A stretch of 64,000 nucleotides of DNA from Octopus sinensis (taxonomy: Eukaryota), in assembly GCF_006345805.1 (NCBI RefSeq), contig NC_043006.1, positions 42,780,001 to 42,844,000 on the forward strand, written 5' to 3'. The position numbers were made by a program, and so were the translations under genes. The notes beneath the pieces are model-generated. The model saw only the letters and a list, made by a program, of their open reading frames with translations, made no database searches and was not told where the DNA came from. This document shows positions 11,971-23,547 of the stretch, piece by piece. Within the stretch, counting starts at the first letter, position 1, and each line of letters opens with the position of its first letter.

Positions 11971-12639
11971 TTCAAAGAGTTTTAGCACTCAAATTATGGT
12001 ATGTTATTTGATTTCTACGAAAGTAAAAGCTCGACCTCCGTGTACTATAAAGATAACAACTCCAGGGTTAGAGGTAGATTAAGAGAGCAGAGATTCTTCA
12101 AACGATGAAGATTGCTCAAAGGAGATTTTTCCAAGATTAAGAGTAACGATATTATCGTGACTGGAATATATAAATAGAGAAATCCCATTTGTGTCTCTAA
12201 TCATAATCATGACTAGCTATATATGTATGTACATTTTTCTATGTATATATGTGTGTCTGTGTGTATGTGTGTGTATATATATATATATATATGGATAGAT
12301 AGGTAGATAGATAGATATAAATATAATGGAGTATATATATATATGTGTTTATATGTCATCATTCACATGTAGTTATGCACAGATATATCTCGCATGTCCA
12401 CACACACACATACAGATATACACATACACACACACATGCATTCGTACAAAACTTGAATTGAAAGCACAAATGTGTTCTAGCTTTATTGTTTTTTATCAAG
12501 TTTTTCCATATTTTCATATGAGTGCCTCGCAGTTTATTTGGAACAGAAAACTGCCTAAATCCATCATCAACATTTCCAGACCTTCACACCCTCCCCTTCA
12601 AGATGAAGTGATGTTGGTGTGTGTTGCTGCTTGTTTTTG

Positions 12640-13240
12640 GAAGGAAGGACTAATGGAAGTGATGTAGATATTATCATCAAGAGTGAAATGTTTGATAGTC
12701 AGATTAATACATCATTAGTCAAGCATTTATTTATTTATTTTTTTGTGACTAGTTACCTATTTTTGATTTAACATTATATCATGTCATGTGCATTGTTTCC
12801 TCAATAAGTCATCAGTTTTTTGTGGAAAATTCTGTGGAATGAACATGTGTTGTTCACTAAATTTTTTCTATCTAATTTTGTTTTGTGTAGATTAGTATAC
12901 TGTAATTATACTTCATGTGGGAGAATGTTGACGGTTCACAAATTTAACAGTTGAAGTCTTGAAGTTTACAACTTTAAAGTTTGCAATCCAATTTATGTAT
13001 TCCATTGGTCATTAGTAATATCTTCCTAGTTTCACATGCTATGCTTTATTATTGTTAAATAGGTATTTAATTTTAGTGTTCTTTTAGTATATTATTTATG
13101 TTAATTTCTGGATTAGTGTAAGGCATTTTGTGGTCCATTTTATCAGGTTCTGTCATTCTATACTTATATATTTGATTCATAACTAGACCCTATGTGGGGT
13201 TCATATATTTTAAATAATGTAGTACCTAATGTATTTGTTG
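12640..13240 (-). mobile_element. Possible downstream part of the decayed PLE at 14270-14880
   Basis: Weak: NGIHKLDCKL could be a GIY remnant; same strand and expected position; heavily decayed. Confidence 0.3.
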
Positions 13241-13249
13241 CATAATCCT

Positions 13250-13445
13250 TTCTACTATTGGTATAAGGAAGAGGACAAGTCAATTACATCGACCACAGAG
13301 CTCAATTGGTACTTATTTCGTAGACCCCCAAAAGGCTAAAAGGCAAAGTCGACCCCAAAAGGATAAAAGATAAAGTTGACACCAGCAGAATTTGAACTCA
13401 GAACATGAAGACAAATGAAATGCCACTAAGCATTTCATCCAACAT
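13250..13445 (-). mobile_element. SINE family B, partial
   Basis: ggcaaagtcgacccc...gaatttgaactcagaac. Confidence 0.75.
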
Positions 13446-13697
13446 ATTTGTTGATTATATTTGTGTTTCTATTGTTATATTTGGGAAATCATAATTGTTA
13501 AAACCTATAAACATACTCATCAACTGTTTGTCTTTGTCTCTCTGCTCTTTCTTTTTTGCTGCATCAAATTGTAACTTTCTCAGTGGGCATTCATTTTTAC
13601 CTTTTAAGAGAGAGAAAATGAAATATAGACAAAGCAACCTCTAATTTTTTCATCACATGATCTCAGATCAAAGTTCTTGCAAAACGAATTCAAAATT

Positions 13698-13869
13698 CAG
13701 TTCTATATTTAAGAGATGAGGAATTATGTACATTAATTACATTAGACGGATATTTGTCTTCATCTTGTTTGTTGTTAACACAACATTTTGGCTGATATAC
13801 CCTCCAGCCTTCATTAGGTGTCTTGGAGAAATTTTGAACCTGGGTTCTCATTCCTAAGGTATTTTTCGA

Positions 13870-13934
<65 letters not shown>

Positions 13935-14000
13935 TCACTGCTTGAAATCGAACTCGGAATTTGGGGGTTAGTAGCACGTGCTCTTAACCACTACACCACG
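13698..14000 (-). mobile_element. SINE family F (tRNA-like head, (AAT)n, hammerhead-like module, 3' tail)
   Basis: Head tggtgtagtggttaagagcacgtgctactaaccccc...ccgagttcgatttc; hammerhead-like module at 13777-13822. Confidence 0.85.
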
Positions 14001-14240
14001 GGCATATGGTGTAGTGGTTAAGAGTGCAGGCTACTAACCCCAAGATTCCGAGTTCGATTCCAGGCAGTGACATAAATAATAATAATAACAATAACAATAT
14101 CGAAAAATACCTTAGGAACGAGAACCCAGGTTCAAAATTTCCCCAAGACACTTGATGAAGGCTGGAGGGTATATCAGCCAAAACTTTGTGTTAACAACAA
14201 ACAAGATGAGGACAAATATCCATCAAATGTAAATAATGTA
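14001..14240 (+). mobile_element. SINE family F, head-to-head with the previous copy
   Basis: ggcatatggtgtagtggttaagag...gagttcgattcc (A and B boxes), (AAT)n, module at 14147-14192. Confidence 0.85.
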
Positions 14241-14269
14241 AACAAAATTAAAAACTGAAAGATATGTTT

Positions 14270-14880
14270 GTATTGCTCTATGGATCAGTTTATTTAGTTT
14301 ATTAGAATACCGGTTGTTGATTAGTGTTTGTATTATTTTGTGAATTTTCTTTATCTAGCACTTTGTAGAAGAAAATCTGAGAAGGGTCTTTACCATAATC
14401 AGTTTGTATTTCTCCAGACAATTGTTGTATCCGTGTAAGTATACACATTTATGCTTATGGTAAAAATTTAGGCTAAACCAACATGATTTATCTGTTATTT
14501 TTGGCCTGAATATTTATACCTAGAAATGGATTCATTGTATTGCAAGAAGTTTTATTTGTATTGTTATGAATATTAAATTTTGGTATGGAGTTGTTTTCTA
14601 GTATTTTCTAATTTCCTCAGCTTCTTCTAGTGTGTCTATTATGATGAAAATATTATGCAGAAACATGGAGTGTCTTGTTTATTTGTCTGAGTACAATGTT
14701 TTCTATTGTGGCCATACAGATTGCTGTAAACATAGGACCTAACGAAGAACCAATGGCTACTCCATATATTTGCTCATAAAATTTGCTGCTGTACAGGACA
14801 TTAATAAATTCTTTGGTATATTTGCAGGTATTGTGCAGGTTTTCTTTGATGTCTGAATGTATTATTTAAGAAATATGGTC
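14270..14880 (-). mobile_element. Penelope-like element reverse transcriptase fragment (decayed)
   Basis: KFYEQIYGVAIGSSLGPMFTAICMATIE (about 14700-14800) matches PLE RT motif FYxQxxGxAMGSPLGPxxAxIxMxxIE. Confidence 0.8.
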
Positions 14881-15171
14881 AAAAAAGCAAAAAAAAATAT
14901 TGAAATCAAACTAATCTACCAATGTACATAGGTCAAAATTACGCACATACACACATGCATAATGTATATATTAGTATTGTTAGACACCAGATACTTCTTT
15001 CACAGAACAAAGAATCTTGCACCTGCTATTAAAAAAAATACATTCTCTCATTTGTAAATTTAATTTCTCTCATCCATATATGCACACATGAATATGTGTA
15101 CATGTATGTGTGTGTATGTGATTCTGTGAGAGTGTGTAGTATACGTGTGTGTGTGCATGTGATTCATTAAA

Positions 15172-15200
15172 TACTAGCTGACCCCGTGCCATCAAAAATT
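15172..15200 (-). mobile_element. Helitron-like 3' end
   Basis: Minus strand gatggcacggggtcagctag-t. Confidence 0.4.
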
Positions 15201-15545
15201 ATGGCTAATTGTAGTATTTTATATATAAATATGGTATAAAATAGGGTACATAACAATCACAAAAACAAGCAATCACATACTTCCTTTGTACATGCACACA
15301 CATACACACATATAATCAGAGTTGAAATGCTGATTTTTTTCACCCCTTCCTTTCTCCATTGCTATTATTTTCTCTCACTCTCTCAGTCAGGGCTATTACT
15401 CTCACTACTTCTCCTTCACTGAATTACTACTTTCTCTCCTCTCCCTTCACTTATACCACTCTTTCTTCTACTCCGTCCAACTCCTACCCTGTGATTTTGG
15501 ACATATATATATGTATCTGTGTATATATATATATATACATATGCA

Positions 15546-15710
15546 AGCGCAGGAGTGGCTGTGTGGTAGGTAGCTTGCTTACCAAGCACATGGTTCCGGG
15601 TTCATTCCCACTGCATGTCATCTTGGGTAAGTGTCTTCTACTATAGCCTCGGGCCAACCAAAGCCTTGTGAGTGGATCTGCTAGACAGAAACTAAAAGAA
15701 GCCCATCGTA

Positions 15711-15763
<53 letters not shown>

Positions 15764-15975
15764 TTGTGTGTGTGTGTGTGTATATGTTTATGTGTCTGTG
15801 TTTGTCCCCCCCCCCCACCAGCATCACTTGACAACCGATGGTGGTGTATTTACATCCCCATAACTTAGCAGTTCAGCAGAAGAGACCTGGGGGTCAATTT
15901 GCTCGACTAAAGGCGGAGCTCCAGCATGGCCATTGTCAAATGACTGAAACAAGTAAAAAAGAATACAAGAATAAA
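15546..15975 (+). mobile_element. SINE family A (ggcgcaggagtggctgtgtggtaagtagcttg...gactgaaacaagtaaaaga)
   Basis: tRNA-like head, ggttcagtcccactg B-box-like, accttgggcaagtg core, internal (TA)n(TG)n; most abundant family here. Confidence 0.9.
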
Positions 15976-16252
15976 AAATATATATATAAATATATAAGAA
16001 CACCATGCTCATTATTATATTAGGAGATGTAATTATAGATTTTTTTCATTTTGTAATTTTTTTTTTTAAGCTAGTTCAGAACAATAAAATTCCTGAATTA
16101 ATATGCAACATATCCACACCTTCGTGGTTTTATCTAAAGAATCAAATGTTTCTTATATACAAGATGAATTCATAAAAACTTTTTGGTCAAAATTTTTTTT
16201 TGACTATTGGGCTTTCATGTCAACAATCCTATATCAATTTGTTTTGTTGTAT

Positions 16253-16906
16253 AAGGTGGCAAGTTGGCAGAAACGCTAGCACACTGGGTGAAATGCTTAG
16301 CAGTATTTTGTCTGTCTTTACGTTCTGAGTTCAAATTCTGCCAAGGTTGACTTTGCCTTTCATTCTTTCAGGGTCAATAAATTAATCGACTGAACTCCTC
16401 CCCCAAAATTTTAAGCCTTGTGCCTAGAATAGAAAAGAATATTTTTCCAATACTAAGGTGGCCAGCTGGCAGAAATGTTAGCCCACCAGGCGAAATGCTT
16501 AGCAGTATTTCGTCTGTCTTTATGCTCTGAGTTCAAATTCCACCGGGGTTAACTTTGCCTTTCATCCTTTCAGGTTTGATAAATTAAGAACCAGTTGCAT
16601 ACTGGGGTCAATCTAATCGACTGGCCTCCCCCTCCCCCAAAATTTCAGGCCTTGTGCCTAGAGCAGACTACAATATTTTTCCAATAGTAAGGTGGCCTGT
16701 TGGCAGAAATGTCAGCACACTGGACCAAATGCTTAGCAATATTTCGTCTGTCGTTACGCTCTGAGTTCAAATTCCGCCGGGGTCGACTTTGCATTTCATC
16801 CTTTCGGGGTCGATAAATTGAGTACCTGTTGAGTACTGGGGTCAATCTAATCGACTGGCCTCCTCCCCAAAAATTTCAAGCCTTCTGCCTAGAGTAGAAA
16901 AGAATT
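16253..16906 (+). mobile_element. Head-to-tail trimer of SINE family B
   Basis: Units 16253-16443, 16455-16676, 16689-16906; linker atttttccaata(c/g)taagg repeated. Confidence 0.9.
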
Positions 16907-17479
16907 TGTTTTGTTGCATTCAAATTTTTTACTGTTAAGTTTTCATGTCTGTAGTTTAATACTAACTGCATTTACAATAAGGACCAGCTACAAAATGCTA
17001 TTACGCACACCATGAAACAAAGTTAGAAAAATACAAGAGGATAATAATTACGTACTCCATAATATTCACCAGAGAATTAATCATAGAAACAATACCTATG
17101 ATTCAATACAATGCCAAAATAAACATGCAAACAACACATACCAAAAAGTTAACATGTGGTTGCTGGAATAAAAACCTAACAACCACAACAGACAAATCAA
17201 AACATGATTGCTCAAATATGAAGTCAAAAATCTTTGGAGCTAAAATCTACATAAATTTAAATGATATATAAAAAAACAACACAGATACCAATGCATTCAA
17301 TCTTTTTAAAATGAGGCTGGCAAGATCTGGAAACATTGGATGTAAATTTAGGAACTTTTTTTCCAAACTAGCAGTAAAAAAACTGAGAAAATCCCAAAAT
17401 TCTAAAGTAGAAAAGATAAAAAGTCAAACATAGCTGTGTGTTTAATGAAACATGTTTAAAAGAAAAGTCATTCACAATA

Positions 17480-17886
17480 GGCACAGGAGTGAATGTGTGG
17501 TAAGTAGCTTGCTTATGAACCACATGGTTCCAGGTTCAGTCCCACTGTGTGGCACCTTGGCAAGTGTCTTCTACTATAGCCTTGGGCCGACCAAAGCCTT
17601 ATAAGTGGATTTGGTAGACGGAAACTGAAAGAAGCCTGTCGTATATATGTATATGTATATATATGTGTGTGTGTTTGTGTGTCTGTGTCCCCCCCCCCAA
17701 CATCGCTTGATAACCAATGCTGGTGTGTTTACGTCCCCGTAAACTTAGCGGTTCGGCAAAAGAGACCAATATAATAAGTACCAGGCTTACAAAGAATAAG
17801 TCCTGAGGTCGATTTCCTCAACTAAAGGCGGTGCTCCAGCATGGCCACGGCCGAATGACTGAAACAATTAAAGGAGTAAAAAGAGT
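17480..17886 (+). mobile_element. SINE family A
   Basis: Full-length match to other copies. Confidence 0.9.
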
Positions 17887-18159
17887 AATATATACCAATG
17901 TGTGTGTGTGTGTGTGTGACATTATCTATGAATTAACCTGTTTTTAGGAAGGGGAATATTTTCCTTAGTCCTTTGAACACACATGCTGTACATATTTTCA
18001 TGGAAGGTTGCATGATGGTAACATTTGTTTACAACGACCACATAATGTTAAAAAAAGGATATACAAACACCTATACACACACACATTCACACACACACTC
18101 TCACACACACAGACAGATGCACACCTTCACACACAGAGGCACACATGCATACACGCATG

Positions 18160-18320
18160 CACACACACACATAATACATGCAGGTTTCTTTCAATTTCCG
18201 TCAACTAGATCCACTCACAACCCTTTATTCTATGGTAGAAGGTATTTGCCAAAAGGTGCCATGTAGGAGGACTGAACTCAAAACCCCATGGTTATGAAGC
18301 AAACTTCTTAGCCACACCAC
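18160..18320 (-). mobile_element. SINE family A head fragment, diverged
   Basis: tttctttcaatttccgtcaactagatccactcacaa...aaggtgccatg. Confidence 0.65.
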
Positions 18321-18454
18321 CAAACACACACATGCATACACACACACTCACACACACACATACACATACAGCGGCACACATGCACTTATATGTATATATA
18401 TGTGAAATGTATTGTAACGTAATTTGCTCATCATGAAATATACCTTACTATATA

Positions 18455-18993
18455 ATTATAATGTGGAGGCACGTGGCTTAGTGGTTAGGGTGTCAGCATC
18501 ATGATCATAAGATTGTGGTTTCGATTCCTGGACTGGACGACGCGTTGTGTTCTTGAGCAAAACACTTCATTTCACGTTGCTCCAGTTCACTCAGCTGGCA
18601 AAAATGAGTAATGCTGCGATGGACTGGCGTCCCGTCCAACTGGGGAACATATATGCCACTGAAGCCAGGAAACCGGGTCCATGAGCCTAGCTAGGCTTTA
18701 AAAGGGCACGAGAAGAAGATATAATAATAATAATAAATAAATAAATGTGCACTTTTAAGGTCAAGCCAGGCTCATGGGCCCAGTTTCCCGGTTTCAATGA
18801 CATATATGTTCCCCAGCTTGATGGGATGCCAGTTCATCGCAGCGTTACTCATTTTTGCCAGCTGAGTGGACTGGAGCAACGTGAAATGAAGTGTTTTGCT
18901 CAAGAACACAACGCGTCGTCCAGTCCAGGAATCGAAACCACAATCTTATGATCATGATGCTGACACCCTAACCACTAAGCCATATGCCTCCAC
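18455..18993. mobile_element. Tail-to-tail inverted dimer of a SINE E-like family inside a 13-bp direct repeat
   Basis: Plus copy 18463-18712, minus copy 18750-18993; ACCTTACTATATA at 18442-18454 and 18994-19006. Confidence 0.85.
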
Positions 18994-19185
18994 ACCTTAC
19001 TATATACTTTAGATAATGAAACACCTACTCGTTAGCGTACCATTACTGTGTGTATATGTCTCTATAAGCATGTAACAAAGACTACAAATGCTTTTTGTAG
19101 CTGTAACCTTTTACAAAGATTAAGTAATCTAATTACAAGACAAATACAGAAATACACAAACACATCAAGTTGTGTATTGCTTTAT

Positions 19186-19491
19186 TTATATTCTGATTAT
19201 TGCTCTTGTAGTTTTTTTTTTTTTTGTATTTCCAGTTAGCTTTCTTCGAGCATATCCATGCCATAAATGTAACCAATCAAATGCTAACCTACAAATATTG
19301 TCAGCTCTTTAAATAGGCAAATATAATAGTCCAATTAATTTTATTTATTTTGAAGTTTCCTATCTGATCTGAATAACATTCTAACTCCAACTTTACCACA
19401 GTAGTTACCATGAGAGAAACTCTTGTATTGACTTTTTGGTGTAAAATGCACTCTTGTTTGTGCCACTTGCAGGGAGATAAATCCTCTTTAC
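19186..19491 (-). CDS. Candidate last two coding exons of an unidentified gene (19491-19409 and 19288-19186)
   Basis: GT-AG intron of 120 bp with CTGAC branch-like motif; in-frame join VKRIYLPASGTNKSAFYTKKSIQEFLS/WLAFDWLHLWHGYARRKLTGNTKKKKTTRAIIRI*; AATAAA overlaps the stop; protein not recognised. Confidence 0.3.
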
Positions 19492-19609
19492 CTACAGTGA
19501 CAAGATTACCAGATCATGTGATTTCAATCTTGTTTGGTCTTGTTAATGATGGATACCCAACCACTACAGACAGCAATTATTCATATCCTTACCAGCGATA
19601 TATAGAACA

Positions 19610-19835
19610 TATATTAGCTTCAAATTTTTGGCATAAGGCCAGCAACTTTGGAGGAGGCATTAACTCAATTACATTCACCCCAGTGTTCAGCTGGTATTTA
19701 TTTATCGACCCTGAAAAAAGAATAAAAGGCAAAGATGATCTCAGCAGAATTTGAACTCAAAATGTAGAGACAGATGAAATTCTACTAAGCATTTTGGCCA
19801 ATGTGCTAATGATTCTGCAAGCTTGCCACCTTAAA
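19610..19835 (-). mobile_element. SINE family B, diverged
   Basis: aaaggcaaagatgatctcagcagaatttgaactc. Confidence 0.75.
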
Positions 19836-19993
19836 CAGGACAAATATTTCAAGGCATTTCATCTGCTATTCTCAACTAGTATTTGGTTTTATCAGCTCTA
19901 GAAGTATAGAAGGCAAAGTTAATCTCAATGGGATGTGAACTCAGACCACAAATATTAGAAACACATACAGTAATGTATTTTGTCTTATGCATT

Positions 19994-20445
19994 TAATCTT
20001 TTTTTGTTACCATATTTCTGTTGAAATGTGCTTAGTTTCAATTTAATTTTTAAAAGAATGAAGATTACTTAAATGACTTTGTCGTTATTAAACTGACACA
20101 TAGAACAAATTAACATAGAAAATTTTGATGGTAAGTTTTAATTTAGATCTCTTTAAAACTGGAAGCTTGTGTCATAAAACCAGGAATGATCTCAGACATG
20201 TTGGTATGAAAAAGGGTTTACTCTTTAACATTGAAATGTGCCATGTCTGGCCCCAAAAGTTCAACTTGTTTTATGTTCAGACAGGTTGAATTTGGCCTTT
20301 CACACATACTCTACAATGACATTCTAAAAATAAACTACCACATCTTCAAACATTTGAATCTATTTGATAATTTATGACTAATTAAAACCGATGTGAATAA
20401 ATAAAAGCTTTACATTTAACAGAATAACTTGATTGGTAATGGGTT
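19994..20445. mobile_element. MITE-like remnants with TTAACCCTTT-type ends (piggyBac-like)
   Basis: ttaatcttttttttgttacc at the left; ggtatgaaaaagggtt and ggtaatgggttaa at right-hand ends. Confidence 0.4.
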
Positions 20446-21109
20446 AAAGTATTTTGGTCAAGTCTCCTATCTCTTTTACTCTTTTACTTGTTTCAGTCAT
20501 TTGACTGCAGCCATGCTGGAGCACCGCCTTTAGACAACTGCTGCCCTTCTTCCCATTAATTGCAGAGAGCCAGCAAAAGGTCATGATTACAGCTTGTTTC
20601 CTTCTGATTAAACCATAAAAAAATAATAATTTGAGAAAAATATGGCTGCTATATCGAACACATTGAATGACTACATATGTAACCTGTCATATGGGTCAGC
20701 TTCTTTTGTTACATGAGGATGTGAAATACATTGATTTGTTAGCGGAAACAAGCTGAAAATAGAACTTGAAACATTGTGATGCTTGCAGCATATTTCACTG
20801 TTTTCAACACGTTTCCAAAGATTTGTCAAGTGTTTTATATATTATATGGAAAAATAGGTTTGCAAATAGTAACAGAATGCCAAAAATGTCTAAGAGTGCC
20901 CAGGCCATACATTAACATAGACTATTGTGAATGATGCATTCTGTTAACCATTTCCTTGCATGCATGCAACTGTTATGGAGACGACATTGATGTTCTTTGC
21001 CATTTACTTAAGTTGTTCAAGACAGGACTTGCAAAATAAATGTGAAACATTTCCAAGATTGTTTGTGTATTTTTATAGGATTTTTGAAAATTTTGTTTTA
21101 GCAAGAAAA

Positions 21110-21551
21110 CCTTACTGTTAGCAACAGGGTCTTCCCAATCACATGATTCTGGGTTCAGTCCTACTGTGCAGTACCCTGGGCAAGTTTATTCTACTTTAGC
21201 CTAGGGTTGACCAAAGCCTTATGAATGGATTTTGGCAAACGGAAACTGAAACATGCCTGTTTTATACACACACGCAAATATATATGTATAGACAGATAGA
21301 TAGATAGCTAGATTGATAGATAGATATGTGTATGCATATATACATACATATATATATATAGATAAATATATGAAGATATGTGTGTGTGTGTGGGGGGAGT
21401 GCATGTGTAGTCACAATGAGGATGCTTAAACCTCTTATAGGGATATTTTATCCAAGATACACTGGTTTAATATATTATATTTTGAAAAGATATTTCTTCA
21501 ATGAATATATTATATAAACTATTGTAAAATATAAAATAATAATAATGTTTG

Positions 21552-21584
<33 letters not shown>

Positions 21585-21905
21585 GTACATACACACATAT
21601 ATGTATATATACACACACATAATGTATGTACATATCTGTGAGTGTGTCTTTGCATTTCTGTTTGTATCCTCTCCTCACACACACACACACACCAGCCCCA
21701 CCACTTGACAACCAGTGCTGGTGTATTTATTTATGTTCCCACAACTTAGCAGTCTGGCAAAAGAGTCTGATAGAATAAGTACCAGGCTTAGAAAAAAAAA
21801 AGGACTGGGGCGGTAGGTGGGGAGGGGGCCAATTCCTTTGACTCAAAATTCCTCAAGGCGATGCCCCAGCATGGCCGCAGTCCAATGACTGAAGCATGTA
21901 AAAGA
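21110..21905 (+). mobile_element. SINE family A, diverged and split by microsatellite expansion
   Basis: Head at 21110-21255, tail at 21690-21905. Confidence 0.7.
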
Positions 21906-22931
21906 TTAAAAAAAAAAGAAAAAAAAGAAATGTAAAATTGTTTATGCTTCTTCCCCAACTCTCTCAGTCTGTCTGTCTGCCCCCTGTCTCTCTCACTCAC
22001 TCTCCCTCCCCAGGTACATGAAAAGACTCTACTAAGCAAATCTCACATAGACTAACACAGCATAGGCTATATATAGCCATTGGCTATATTTAGTCACTTG
22101 TCAAGTAGACATGAAAAATATTATACCATATTGGTTTCTTTTTCGTAGTAGATTATTTTATTATAGTTTGTCGTTTGGCTTGCATCAGACTTATTGTGTA
22201 TAATATGTTGTTCTATTATATTCATTTCATAGTATAAGAGTTGGAGTTAGTATTGCAATTAATGCATGTAGTGTACTATTTTTTTAGATGTCTTTGTGAG
22301 CTCTTTCATCTATTTTATGATCAGACTGTATTTGATTTATGTAAAACATTTTACCTAGACTAAATAGTCTTTTTTTTATTTTTATTTTAGCTTTTTTTTT
22401 TTTTTAGCAGCACCAAAGATTTTAATAACGTTATGCAAAAATATACCCCCAGCAGCTGTATGATATATTCTAGGCAAGAATTTATCAATATCTTTCCTCA
22501 CTACTAAACCAAATGGTTTTCTATTATTAAATAACACACCAAGAAAGATTATTTAATTTTCTACTAACAGACATTGCTCTCTTGCAGAAATTAATAGAAT
22601 CAAGCAGACTTTAATATTTATTATTTTTATACATTCACATATTAATATTATTCTTCATTTAAAGAGGAAACCCAGCAAAAGCACATATCATGTATTATTC
22701 GCATTTTTAACATGAAATATATTGCAAAAACAAAATGTAACAATAAATAAATAAGTAAATAAAAAGTTTTGAGGATATGACACAAAAAAAAATTTTCGAA
22801 TCAGCACCGGTGGCACATGCCCACAGTAAGAAAGAAATTTGGATAAATTTATCTGGACATTAATTACTTTGGTAAAAAAAAAAATATGCAGAATGATGGA
22901 AATTTAATTGTGTAAAGCCATACTTGTTTAC

Positions 22932-23347
22932 TTTTTTACTCTTTTACTTGTTTCAGTCATTTGACTGCAGCCATGCTGGAGCACCGCCTTTAGTCGAGCA
23001 AATCAACCCCAGGACTTATTCTTTGTAAGCCTAGTCCTTGTTCTATCAGTCTCTTTTGCTGAACCTCTAAGTTACGGGGACGTAAACACACCAGCATCGG
23101 TTATCAAGCAATGCTGGTGGGGACAAACACAGACACACAAACATATACACACACATACATATATATATATATATACATATATACGATGGGCTTCTTTCAA
23201 TTTCCATCTACCAAATCCACTCACAAGGCTTTGGTCGGCCCGAGGCTATAGTAGAAGACACTTGCCCAAGGTGCCACGCAGTGGGACTAAACCCAGAATC
23301 ATGTGGTTTGTAAGCAAGCTACTTACCACACTGCCACTCCTGCGCCT
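22932..23347 (-). mobile_element. SINE family A, full length
   Basis: Near-consensus copy. Confidence 0.92.
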
Positions 23348-23547
23348 TTAAATAGTTTTGTTTGGCAATAAAAAAATATCTGTAATTGAGTTTTTGGTAA
23401 AACTCTGTAGTGAAATTGAATGATGATATTTATCATTTGAACTCATGTATAGATGTGTGTGTGTATGTGCTTAAGTTATTCAAAAGAGGAAGGAACAATG
23501 CTCAAGAACCATGTGGTTGGTAAGTAAGCTACTTACCACTCCCCCCA

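Noticed and set aside
19236-19290. Plus-strand FLRAYPCHKC resembling an Erv/ALR CxxC motif
   Set aside because: Too short, no convincing donor, stop soon after, and the rest of the domain is absent.
20600-21060. Possible hAT (Buster/Charlie-like) transposase remnant
   Set aside because: Only vague similarity to LLLHxxVRWL; no TIR or TSD found.
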